A stretch of 64,000 nt of DNA from an uncultured Pseudomonadota bacterium (GTDB lineage Bacteria; Vulcanimicrobiota; Vulcanimicrobiia; Eremiobacterales; Eremiobacteraceae), in the NCBI GenBank assembly GCA_963736005.1, contig CAVTNB010000001.1, forward strand, positions 1,888,001 through 1,952,000, in the 5' to 3' direction. This document shows, piece by piece, positions 47,164 to 55,746 of the stretch. The notes below the pieces were generated by a model. That model did not search any database, was not told the origin of the DNA, and worked only from the letters and a program-made list of their open reading frames with translations. Both the position numbers and the translations under genes were made by a program. Numbering within the stretch: the first letter of the stretch is position 1; each line of letters begins with the position of its first letter.

Positions 47164-49569
47164 TCAGCCTCCAAAGCCCTGCGCGATAATTGGACCATTG
47201 TTGTTGATGCCGAACGTCGCGCTTTGCGTTGGGAAGGCTAGCAGTCCGAGCGAGATGTCGACCTCTTTCAGAGGCTGGTGATAGGCGACGCGCACGACGT
47301 AACAGTTTCCAACCGTATGCGAGATAAACCAGTTCTGGCCTTGCAGCGAATGCTGGGTAAAGTCATAGTCGCCGCTAAACTCCAGGTAATCGGCTCGTGA
47401 CAACGGGGTCGCCAGCTGGATCACGACCGGCGAATAACCTCCGCCTGGGTTGTACGACGTTCCCAAACTAGCGTATGCATACGGAGTCGGGCTCAGGTTG
47501 AGTTGATAGTTGACAGTGCTGAGAAGTTTGGCTTGGAAATTATAGCTGGTTGACGCCGTGAAGCGGTACCAGCTGCCATTGTAGACATTCAGGACTTCGC
47601 CAATCTGGTCGGAGCCGGTGAGTTTGTCGAGTGAGGGCATCGGGGTGTATCCCCGCACGCTTTGCGCGGTGTAGAGGAGCGTGTTGTCCGCGTGGTGGTC
47701 GAAGTAATACTGGAGGGTGGCTTGGTAGCTGATGCTCCCCTGAAGGTCACCCGTTCCATACGCGTCTTGCCGGAAGGTGGCCGAGGCGTTGAAGAGCGCA
47801 TTGTTACCAACCCGGAAGATGCCCGGTCCAACTTGGGCATTGAACTCCAGCCGTGACGTTTCGATATTGTCGTAGCCATCATCGTAGTTGCCGTCGATGA
47901 GCGTGGCGCTGATGGGCAGTCGCAGCGAAGAGATCTGGAAGGGGTGCGCGCGAAGCGTCAGCTCCGGTATGCGCTGGATGCCGACCACTGGGGTCGTTGT
48001 TTGGGTCGTTCCTACCGTACTCGTGTCGAGTCCATGATTGGTTGACACGACCAGATCTGCATCGAAGGCTCGAGCGCTCACGTGCGTGTCGGTGTTCAGC
48101 CCAATTGCCCGAGAGAAAGACCCGGGGTTCGTATTGTCCTGCAAGTTCAACCCGATGCTCTGGCTAAAAAAAGGCGAGAAGGCGATAGTGTGTTGGAAGA
48201 TGCCGCCAAACGACTTTGACGGACCGGTTGCGGTATTCGTGACGATATAACTCGTTGTGCTGCGCGCCCCGGTGTGGGTGATCGAGATGTTGGTCGACGT
48301 GGTTGTCGGCAGCGCGGTAAAAATAGCCGACTGGCCTGAATAATTGAACGCCAGCGAGCCGGACAGATGATCGCTAAACATGCGTTGCATGTTGAGCGTT
48401 GCTTGCGTGGTGTTGCGCGTGCCCGTTAGTTGCTGCTGGGTGGCATTGTTATTGAGGTTGTAGACAGAGAGCTCGCCGTTGCCGCGGCCGTCTGCACGAT
48501 TGAAATAAAGATCTGCGCCGAGACCGATGCCAACTTTTTGATAAAAGTCGACGTGGTAGGTTCCATACCAATTTGGACCGCGATAGAAATTGATGAAGTC
48601 GCGGATGAAGAATCCGTAGGCGGAATTGTACCCCACGCGCGGAGCGAACTCGTTCGAGCGCCGCGCCGCCTCCTCGGTAAGCGGCAACGCAAGCACGCCA
48701 AGAGCGGCGACGAGCACACTCCCAAGGTACAGGGCGGAGCTGTGCGCGATGAGCCGATCGTGCGGCCTGATCTCGATTTCCTTGCCGCTGATGTGGTAGG
48801 CGGGGTGGCTCGGATCGCAGGTCGTGACCCAGCCATTCTTGATGATCGTGTGGCCGTTGGGCTCGAGGATTGCTTCTTTGCCCTTGTAGTATAGGCGCCC
48901 CTGAATTTGCTCGCCTTGGAAATAAATCGCCCCTGTGGAACCGGCCACGTCAAAGAGCTCAACCTGATCGGTGTCGGAGTGGTACTCGAGCGCTGACGCG
49001 GTTGCGGTATCGCCATCGGATTGGGTCATGACGACATGGCCCGTGGCACGCAAGATCTTGGTCGTGGCATCGTACACCGCTTGATCCGCGGTGACGGTTG
49101 CATCGGCGTAGTCGAGCTCCACATGTCCGTAGGCCGTGAATCCACCGGTTGGGGAGTTGTTGCCATAGAGCTGGTCTGCGGTGACTCTGGCGATGCCTGA
49201 GGGAAGTGGCACGGGCGTGGCGGTGGCACCCGCGCTGGTTTGCGGAGCGGGAGTTTCAGTGCTGACTGGGGCGACGCCGCTGTTGGCGCGCGGAAAATCA
49301 GCAGCTGCTGGCGTGGGTGTGATGAAAACGGGTTGCGGTGTTGCCGCGGTGCTTGGCAGCGAGGCAGAACTCGAAGGCGTGGGAGATGCTGATTGGATCG
49401 GGGCGACAGAGGCGGAGGCGGTCGGGGAGGTCGACGGAGACGCTGATGGCTCCGCTGCTGCCGCGCTGTGCGCGAGCGGTCGTGCAGCGAAGGCGGCAAT
49501 CAGGAAAAGGACAGCGCCCGCCGTCCCAAAGGTTAGTAAACCTTTGACCTCAGATGCGCGAGAGACCAC
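47164..49569 (-). CDS. lptD: LptD-like outer-membrane assembly protein
   Basis: Signal plus Pro/Ser linker, OstA-like jellyroll, TTC...YHI motif, PRVGYNSAYGFF, beta-barrel C-terminal region. Confidence 0.75.
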   Translation of the reverse strand: MVSRASEVKGLLTFGTAGAVLFLIAAFAARPLAHSAAAAEPSASPSTSPTASASVAPIQSASPTPSSSASLPSTAATPQPVFITPTPAAADFPRANSGVAPVSTETPAPQTSAGATATPVPLPSGIARVTADQLYGNNSPTGGFTAYGHVELDYADATVTADQAVYDATTKILRATGHVVMTQSDGDTATASALEYHSDTDQVELFDVAGSTGAIYFQGEQIQGRLYYKGKEAILEPNGHTIIKNGWVTTCDPSHPAYHISGKEIEIRPHDRLIAHSSALYLGSVLVAALGVLALPLTEEAARRSNEFAPRVGYNSAYGFFIRDFINFYRGPNWYGTYHVDFYQKVGIGLGADLYFNRADGRGNGELSVYNLNNNATQQQLTGTRNTTQATLNMQRMFSDHLSGSLAFNYSGQSAIFTALPTTTSTNISITHTGARSTTSYIVTNTATGPSKSFGGIFQHTIAFSPFFSQSIGLNLQDNTNPGSFSRAIGLNTDTHVSARAFDADLVVSTNHGLDTSTVGTTQTTTPVVGIQRIPELTLRAHPFQISSLRLPISATLIDGNYDDGYDNIETSRLEFNAQVGPGIFRVGNNALFNASATFRQDAYGTGDLQGSISYQATLQYYFDHHADNTLLYTAQSVRGYTPMPSLDKLTGSDQIGEVLNVYNGSWYRFTASTSYNFQAKLLSTVNYQLNLSPTPYAYASLGTSYNPGGGYSPVVIQLATPLSRADYLEFSGDYDFTQHSLQGQNWFISHTVGNCYVVRVAYHQPLKEVDISLGLLAFPTQSATFGINNNGPIIAQGFGG

Positions 49570-49586
49570 GAGTCTTGCTCATTGAC

Positions 49587-50822
49587 TCAACGTCCCTCTT
49601 TCCAAAGCAAAGCGATGCCCGTCGTCCCCATGAAGAGATTAGGTAGCCAGGCGGCAACAGGCGCCGGTATCGCACCATTTTTGCCGAGCGCGTTGGTCGC
49701 CGCCATAATCAACCAGTACATCAGAAGCACGATCAAGGAAAGCATTGCCGCAACGCCGCGGCCGCGCTTGCCATAACGCACGCCCAACGGGAGCGCAATC
49801 ATGATGCTAACGAGACAAGCGACCGGCATGGCAAACTTCTGTTGCAGCGTCATTTCGAATTGCCGGGTGTCCTCGCCGCTCCCCTTGAGCGCCTTGATTT
49901 CGCGAGCCAGTTCGGTGGAACTCATTTCGAATGGCCCTCTGGGTCCCTCGAACAGCAACGACGCATCGGCGAGCGGAAACTCAAGCGTGGCGAAGTGCTG
50001 TTGTTTGGTTACAAGGCCATTGACGCCGTAGGTCGTGTGAACGCCGTCGTAGAGCACGAGCTGTCCATTGATCTGCCGCGCGGACGCCGCGGTGAGCGTT
50101 TCAGGGAAGTAGCCCGAGCCGAGCGAGTAAATCTGAACGTTGTGCATGAGCCCGCTCTGCGGATCCATCGAGCCCACGAAGATGCTATGCTGTCCGTCCT
50201 CTGTTCGTACGAACTGGTCGGGAGCGATGATCGGCTGGCTTGAGTGGTAAGCGATCTCGCGAAAAATCGTTTGCGATTTATGCTGCGACTCGGGTGCGAT
50301 AAAATCGTTAATCAAAAAAGCGACGATGGTCAGCGCGATGCCAAGGGCAAAGACCGGTCGCGCGATGCGCTCGAGCGCGATGCCGCTCGTGCGCATGGCG
50401 GTCATCTCGTTATCGCCTGCAAGTCGGCCGAAGCCTTGTAGAACGCCGAACATCGTTCCAAACGGGAAAATGAGGTAGACAAATGACGGGATTTGGAGGA
50501 CGATGTAGCGCGCCACGAGCCCAAATGGCACGCTCTTATTGATGACATAGTCGGCGGCTAAGAAAAAGCTGTTAATGAGAAGGAAGATGGTGAATGCGGC
50601 TGCGCCAAAGGCGAACGGCGCACTCACTTCGCTCATGATGTAGCGATCGAGGATCGCAATGGGGTGGGCTTTCTTTTCGCGCGTCTTGACCGCGTCTGGT
50701 CCGCCAGCACCTAAGAGCCAATCCAAACGCCTGGCGTGCACGCCAACCGGCGCGCTCGGCGTTTCGGTCAGCTCGCTCGCCGCTTGCGTCTTGGGCGTCG
50801 ATGCTTCGCTTGAAGTCGACAT
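49587..50822 (-). CDS. LptF/LptG-family permease
   Basis: ILDRYI, GRLAGDNEMTAMRTSGI, KFAMP, AAWLPN. Confidence 0.9.
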   Translation of the reverse strand: MSTSSEASTPKTQAASELTETPSAPVGVHARRLDWLLGAGGPDAVKTREKKAHPIAILDRYIMSEVSAPFAFGAAAFTIFLLINSFFLAADYVINKSVPFGLVARYIVLQIPSFVYLIFPFGTMFGVLQGFGRLAGDNEMTAMRTSGIALERIARPVFALGIALTIVAFLINDFIAPESQHKSQTIFREIAYHSSQPIIAPDQFVRTEDGQHSIFVGSMDPQSGLMHNVQIYSLGSGYFPETLTAASARQINGQLVLYDGVHTTYGVNGLVTKQQHFATLEFPLADASLLFEGPRGPFEMSSTELAREIKALKGSGEDTRQFEMTLQQKFAMPVACLVSIMIALPLGVRYGKRGRGVAAMLSLIVLLMYWLIMAATNALGKNGAIPAPVAAWLPNLFMGTTGIALLWKEGR

Positions 50823-50875
50823 GCGTCGCCACTTCCTTCGCTTTCCGCGGCTATCCTGGAAACGCGTGAGAAGAA

Positions 50876-50938
50876 TGTAGCGGGCGACTGTCAAGTCGCC
50901 CATAAGAAATCTGTAGCGGGCGACTGTCAAGTCGCCCA
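50876..50938 (+). repeat. Tandem identical class C REPs (27 bp, period 36)
   Basis: tgtagcgggcgactgtcaagtcgccca at 50876 and 50912. Confidence 0.9.
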
Positions 50939-50948
50939 AGTTTCATAT

Positions 50949-51485
50949 TCAGTGCTTGACTTGCGCCGCGTGGTAAAGGGCGGTGACGCTTTGGACATAG
51001 CCGCGCGTTTCAGCGTACGGTGGAATGCCGCCGTACTTTGAGACCGCTCCGCTGCCCGCGTTGTAGGCTGCGAGTGCGAGGGAAACGTTGCCGTGATACC
51101 GTCGCAGCAAGTCATGCAAATAGGAAACACCGCCCGCAATATTTTCGTTCGGATCAAACGGATTGCTGACGCCGTATGTCGATGCGGTACCCGGCATCAA
51201 CTGCATGAGGCCCATGGCGCCGGCGGTAGAAATTGCGGAGGGATCGCCTCCGGATTCTTGCGTGATGACGGCGTGAACGAGCGTGGGTGGAACGTTGTAT
51301 GCCCGCGACTGCACTTGCACGATGGAGTTGAGACGCGTTGCATCCATCGAATGTGGTCCGTCGCCAAAAAGCAAGCCACCGCCGCTGCAACCAGCGACTG
51401 CGGCGCACACGATGACGAAAAGGACGTGTAGTCGCGCGACGTTCTTTGCGCGTGCGCTAATTTTCAATCTGAGCGCTACCACCAT
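50949..51485 (-). CDS. Lytic transglycosylase (SLT domain) lipoprotein
   Basis: Lipobox VAGC, QESGG, GAMGLMQLMP, ALAAYNAG, PPYAETRGYV. Confidence 0.9.
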   Translation of the reverse strand: MVVALRLKISARAKNVARLHVLFVIVCAAVAGCSGGGLLFGDGPHSMDATRLNSIVQVQSRAYNVPPTLVHAVITQESGGDPSAISTAGAMGLMQLMPGTASTYGVSNPFDPNENIAGGVSYLHDLLRRYHGNVSLALAAYNAGSGAVSKYGGIPPYAETRGYVQSVTALYHAAQVKH

Positions 51486-51514
51486 CTGCTGCTCGCGGAG
51501 GTTCGCGAGTCTAC
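51428..51514. repeat. Degenerate inverted REP pair spanning the slt start
   Basis: gtagtcgcgcgacgttctttgcgcg ... ctcgcggaggttcgcgagtctac. Confidence 0.55.
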
Positions 51515-51589
51515 ATTATGTATCGGCCGGTGGGTGGTTCGTCGCGACGAGGCTTAATACATAGCCTCAAGATGAACGCGGGGTGAAAC

Positions 51590-51886
51590 TTAGCGCCCCC
51601 GGCGGCCTGCAACCGATCGATAGCAATCTTGGCAGTACACCGGCTTATCTGGCCTGGGAGAAAAAGGTACCTGTGTGGCGGCCCCGCATTGCGAACACAC
51701 TGTGTCGAACATCATGCGCTCGCCGCTTCCTGCGCTTCGATCTCGTTTGCGAGCGCGCCGGCACTGAGGACACCTGGTCGGCTCGTGCTCGAAGCCTTTT
51801 TGAGCATAGAACTCCTGTTCGCCCGCGGTAAAGGCGAATTCAGCGCCGCAGTCACGGCAGGTGATGGTCCTGTCTTGAAACGCCAC
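51590..51886 (-). CDS. Zinc-ribbon / CxxC-x17-CxxC domain protein
   Basis: CRDCGAEF...GEQEFY...PTRCPQCR, CSQCG...VPF...PVYCQDCY. Confidence 0.9.
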   Translation of the reverse strand: MAFQDRTITCRDCGAEFAFTAGEQEFYAQKGFEHEPTRCPQCRRARKRDRSAGSGERMMFDTVCSQCGAATQVPFSPRPDKPVYCQDCYRSVAGRRGR

Positions 51887-52036
51887 AATAGCCCCCAGTT
51901 TTCACGATTTGGAAACAACAAGAGCCTGCGTCAAAGTAGACTTTGCGCAGGAACTCACCAAAAATCTAGCACGTTCAATTTCAAAAAGCAACCTCGCTGG
52001 GCGGTTGAAGCCTCGCACGAAGCGAAACGCCCGGAC

Positions 52037-53729
52037 ATGAACGTTCGACAGTCTATCTTTTGCTTCTCAACGGCGCGCTGGCTAACCGCCGCCGGCTTGG
52101 CTCTTTTCGCCCTCATGGCAGGGCGACAGCCGGCGTCGGCTTCGGGGCCTGCAGCAGGAAGCCAGGCGCCCATCTTCGCCCTTCGTTCGCTGGCCGGCTC
52201 GCCCTGGACGCTTTCGGATCTTCGGGGTCATGTCGTCGTCGTCAATTTTTTTGCGACGTGGTGCCCGCCGTGCAGAGCCGAAACGCCAGACCTCGTCGCC
52301 ATCGAGCGGCGTTATGCAAGCAAGGGTGTCATCTTCGTCGGCGTTGACGACCGGGAGGACGCCGCTCTCGTTTCCGTCTTTGCAAAAAATAAGGGCATCC
52401 GCTTTCCGATCGTCCTCGATAGTAATGGGGCCGTTGCCCAGACCTACGACGTGCGGGCGATTCCCACCACGTACGTGTTGGATCCTCATCGGAGTGATTC
52501 GTTACGAGCAAGTAGACGAACTCAGCGCCGCGGTCCTCGCGGGCGCCCTCGACGCGGTGATTGCAGGCGCACCGGTGCCCGAGAGCGTCGCCTCGCAGAA
52601 ATTCCATCAGACTGCTAAGGACGCGACGTCCTCCATTCAAAGCGATCTACAAACCGCCAACGCGTCTCCCCCCAATCCGCAAGCACTGACGTCAGCAATC
52701 AACACTGGGGTCGCCGCAAATAAGAAATTGGATGACATGCTCTCGGCGCCGGACAGCAATTCGATTGTCTATTTTGATGCAGCCGCGACGCGCGACGCAC
52801 TGAACTCTGTTCTCGCCAACGCTTATACGGCGCGGGCCGGTATCGCCAATTCATCCACTACGGTTTCAGACGAGGTCGAGGCGGCGTTGCTTCGCGGGCA
52901 AGTGCAAAGCGACCAAGAGCACTTCGCAGAAGCGCTCGCCCAATACGAGACCGCCGTACAGCTCGCTCCTAAGGACACGCGCGGCTACGACGGCGCTTAT
53001 TTGGCTGCCTACGAGCAAAAGCTCTATACCAAAGCAGCGCAGATTGCCGACGCGGAAGCGCTGCTCGTGCCGGACGATCCCGAAAGTTGGCTCACCGTCG
53101 CTTCGGCGCAGAACTCGCTGAAGAACTATCCAAAAGCGCTTGAAGCAGAACGCAAGGCACTGGCCTTGGCATCGCAGGCTTACGCGAAGAGTCCCGTATC
53201 GAAGCCAGCCGCGTACGAGCTTGGTCGCGTGTGGCTTAAAACAGCGAGAACGCAGTTGCTTGCCGGCAATCGAGCGGCAGCGCGCCCGCTCCTCATCCAG
53301 GCGCAGGCAGCTGCTCCGGCAACGATCGTGGAGCAGCAGGCGAGCGAGCAGTTCGCGGCACTGGCGCCGGCGCAAATTGCAATTGAAAAGACTGAAGCGA
53401 TGACCGCTCTTGGCGCCAATGCGGCGCCCGCAAAGGTGTATGTCCTCGTTCGCAACCCCTCTTCGCAGTCGCAGACGGTCAATCTCAAAGCGACCGGCTT
53501 GCCCCCGAAGTGGCTCGTTTCGTTCTGTTACAGCACTGTCTGCAATCCGTATAAAGTATCTTTCGGATTACCGGCAGGCGGCTCAAAGCGAATCGAACTC
53601 CTCGTGGCACCCCTTGGCGAAACCAACGGGCCCTGGCGAATGAGCGTCAGTGCATCGGGCGCTGCCACAGCGCAGGTTCACCTGGACGCAAGTACCGCGA
53701 AAGCGGCCATAACGATCAGCGCGACCTAG
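52037..53729 (+). CDS. TlpA-type thioredoxin fused to TPR region and Ig-like C-terminus, frameshift at ~52490
   Basis: NFFATWCPPC and IPTTYVLD in one frame; GVIRY and TPR-like helices continue in the +1 frame. Confidence 0.7.
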
Positions 53730-53730
53730 G

Positions 53731-53811
53731 GTAGCAGCGGACCCTTCGGGCCCGCGTGTGGGGCGATTTACCAATCGCTCCCTACGCAGGCATGGCGACT
53801 TGACAGTCGCC
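53731..53811. repeat. Three-class REP mosaic (D + A + C)
   Basis: gtagcagcggacccttcgggcccgc / gggcgatttaccaatcgctccctac / ggcgacttgacagtcgcc. Confidence 0.8.
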
Positions 53812-53884
53812 CACTCCAGCCTCTCCGGCAGCGTGGAGCCCAGAATCCATTAGGGGTCGAGCGTATGTTCGACCTCAATTTCCC

Positions 53885-53945
53885 TTGCAAATAAACCGAT
53901 GGTTCGGTATAGTGGGGCAAAGTGGTTCTTAGTGGGGCTCAGTGG
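53885..53945 (+). promoter_or_regulatory. dcw promoter with four MraZ-type direct repeats
   Basis: -35 TTGCAA, 17-nt spacer, -10 TATAGT; AGTGG at 53911, 53921, 53931 and 53941 (10-bp period). Confidence 0.8.
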
Positions 53946-53952
53946 CTAACTG

Positions 53953-54393
53953 ATGTCGGCATTTCCCAAGTTCACGGGACAATTCGAACATTCCCTAGAC
54001 GAGAAGGGCCGGTTAACCATTCCTGCCCGCATGCGGGCGCGCCTGGGCGACCATTTCGTGCTGACCATCGCGCCTCCTGAACCCTGCCTTGCCATGTATC
54101 CGGAACTAACCTGGTCGGAGTTCTGCAGCAAACTTGAAAGTGCGCCGCGCAAGGACGCTGCGTATCGTGCGTTCGTGCGGCATCTGTTCGCTCATACCGA
54201 GGAAATCTCACTCGACAGCCAAGGGCGCTTGCTGCTTCCTAGCACCTTGCGCGAGATGGCTGCGATCAAGAGAGACGCGGTCCTGGTTGGCACCCTAACG
54301 CGGGTTGAAATCTGGGCGGCGGAGACATGGCGCTCCATGGCAGCACCACCGGAGAACATGGCGGACCTTATGACCGAGCTTGGGCTCTACTAG
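53953..54393 (+). CDS. mraZ: Transcriptional regulator MraZ
   Basis: FTGQFEHSLDEKGRLTIP, DSQGRLLLP, RVEIW. Confidence 0.96.
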   Translation: MSAFPKFTGQFEHSLDEKGRLTIPARMRARLGDHFVLTIAPPEPCLAMYPELTWSEFCSKLESAPRKDAAYRAFVRHLFAHTEEISLDSQGRLLLPSTLREMAAIKRDAVLVGTLTRVEIWAAETWRSMAAPPENMADLMTELGLY

Positions 54394-55315
54394 CCATGAG
54401 CCGGTCATGCTCGAGGAGTGCTTGACCGTGTTAACATCCGCGGGCGAAGGCGCGCAGCAAAAAGTTTTTGTCGACGCGACGTTTGGCGCCGGAGGTCACG
54501 CAAGCGCATTGCTCGATGCCGTTGCGAAGAGCGTGGTGGTCGCAATCGATGCGGATCCCAAAGCAGTCGATCGAGCGAAACGTCTTGCCCGCAGGTATCC
54601 CGGACGGGTCATTGCGCAACACGCCAATTTCGGCGAACTCGATGCCGCACTCGATGCCGCAGGCGTGCGCAAGGTTGACGGCATTCTCTACGATCTGGGG
54701 CTCTCGTCGTTGCAGTTAGCGCAGCCAGAGCGCGGCTTTTCCTTTAGCGGCGACGAGCCATTGGACATGCGTCTCGATCCCTCATCAGATGTGCCCACCG
54801 CTGCGGATCTTCTCGAGCGCTTACCGCAAAGCGAATTAGAGTTGATCCTGCGGGAATACGGAGACGAACGTTTCGCGCGCTCGATAGCCCGCTCCATCGT
54901 GCGGCGTCGTCCACGCACGAAGATATGGCGTACGAGCGATCTCGTGGCCGCCGTTGTGCGGGCACTCCCTGCCAAGCGAGCGCACCAGCGCATCCATCCT
55001 GCCACTCGGACTTTTCAAGCGCTGCGCATTGCAGTGAATCAAGAATATCGCAATCTCGAGCGCAGTTTGGAGAGCGCAGTCCGTCGGCTAGGTCCGAACG
55101 GACGTGTCGTCGTCATCAGCTTTCATTCCGGCGAGGATCGCATCGTCAAACGGCGCTTCAAAGCGTTCCAAGAGTTGGGTCTCGCGCGCGTCTTGACCCG
55201 CAAGCCGCTACGCCCAAGCGCCGCAGAAATCGCGGCAAATCCGCGCAGCCGCAGCGCGAAACTGCGCGCGATCGCAACAGAAGACACCACAACAGCGAGG
55301 AGCATCACCGCATGA
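54380..55315 (+). CDS. rsmH: 16S rRNA m4C1402 methyltransferase
   Basis: HEPVM, DATFGAGGH, DLGLSS, PLDMR, HPATRTFQALRI, FHSGEDR, NPRSRSAKLR. Confidence 0.96.
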   Translation: MGSTSHEPVMLEECLTVLTSAGEGAQQKVFVDATFGAGGHASALLDAVAKSVVVAIDADPKAVDRAKRLARRYPGRVIAQHANFGELDAALDAAGVRKVDGILYDLGLSSLQLAQPERGFSFSGDEPLDMRLDPSSDVPTAADLLERLPQSELELILREYGDERFARSIARSIVRRRPRTKIWRTSDLVAAVVRALPAKRAHQRIHPATRTFQALRIAVNQEYRNLERSLESAVRRLGPNGRVVVISFHSGEDRIVKRRFKAFQELGLARVLTRKPLRPSAAEIAANPRSRSAKLRAIATEDTTTARSITA

Positions 55316-55746
55316 GTGCCCCAGCATACGCCTACAAGCCGCAGCTCGAACCAACGATCGATCCGCGAGATTCGGATTCGCGTCGGCGCCGGCGGCGCAT
55401 TGTGAAGGCCGCAGATTTTGCCCGCACGCTGACCTGGTGCATTATTCCGCTCGTGCTCGTTCTTCTCTACGTTGGCTTGATGGCAAGTCTCACGTCGCAG
55501 ACCTATCGCCTGTCCCTCGATCAGCGATTGCATGCATCCTTGGTCGAACGCAACAACGCACTCCACAGTCGCGAAGCACAGCTCGAGTCAGTCGAAAGCC
55601 TGCAGGCCGCCGCACGCAAGCTGCACATGAGCGAGCCCAAAAAAATCGCCTTCATTTATTCACCGGCAGCAGCTCAACCAACCCCGCGGCGACTCGCCCT
55701 CTTCGTTCAAATCCTTGGCGTCACGCGCTGGCTTGGCGTCCGGTAG
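55312..55746 (+). CDS. ftsL: FtsL-like cell division protein
   Basis: Position between rsmH and the PBP; single TM then coiled coil, AARKLHM. Confidence 0.7.
   Translation: MSAPAYAYKPQLEPTIDPRDSDSRRRRRRIVKAADFARTLTWCIIPLVLVLLYVGLMASLTSQTYRLSLDQRLHASLVERNNALHSREAQLESVESLQAAARKLHMSEPKKIAFIYSPAAAQPTPRRLALFVQILGVTRWLGVR

Noticed and set aside
50876..50938. Two identical 27-bp repeats as a mini CRISPR array
   Set aside because: The spacer is only 9 bp, there are no cas genes, and the unit is a GTAG-REP also seen at 53794
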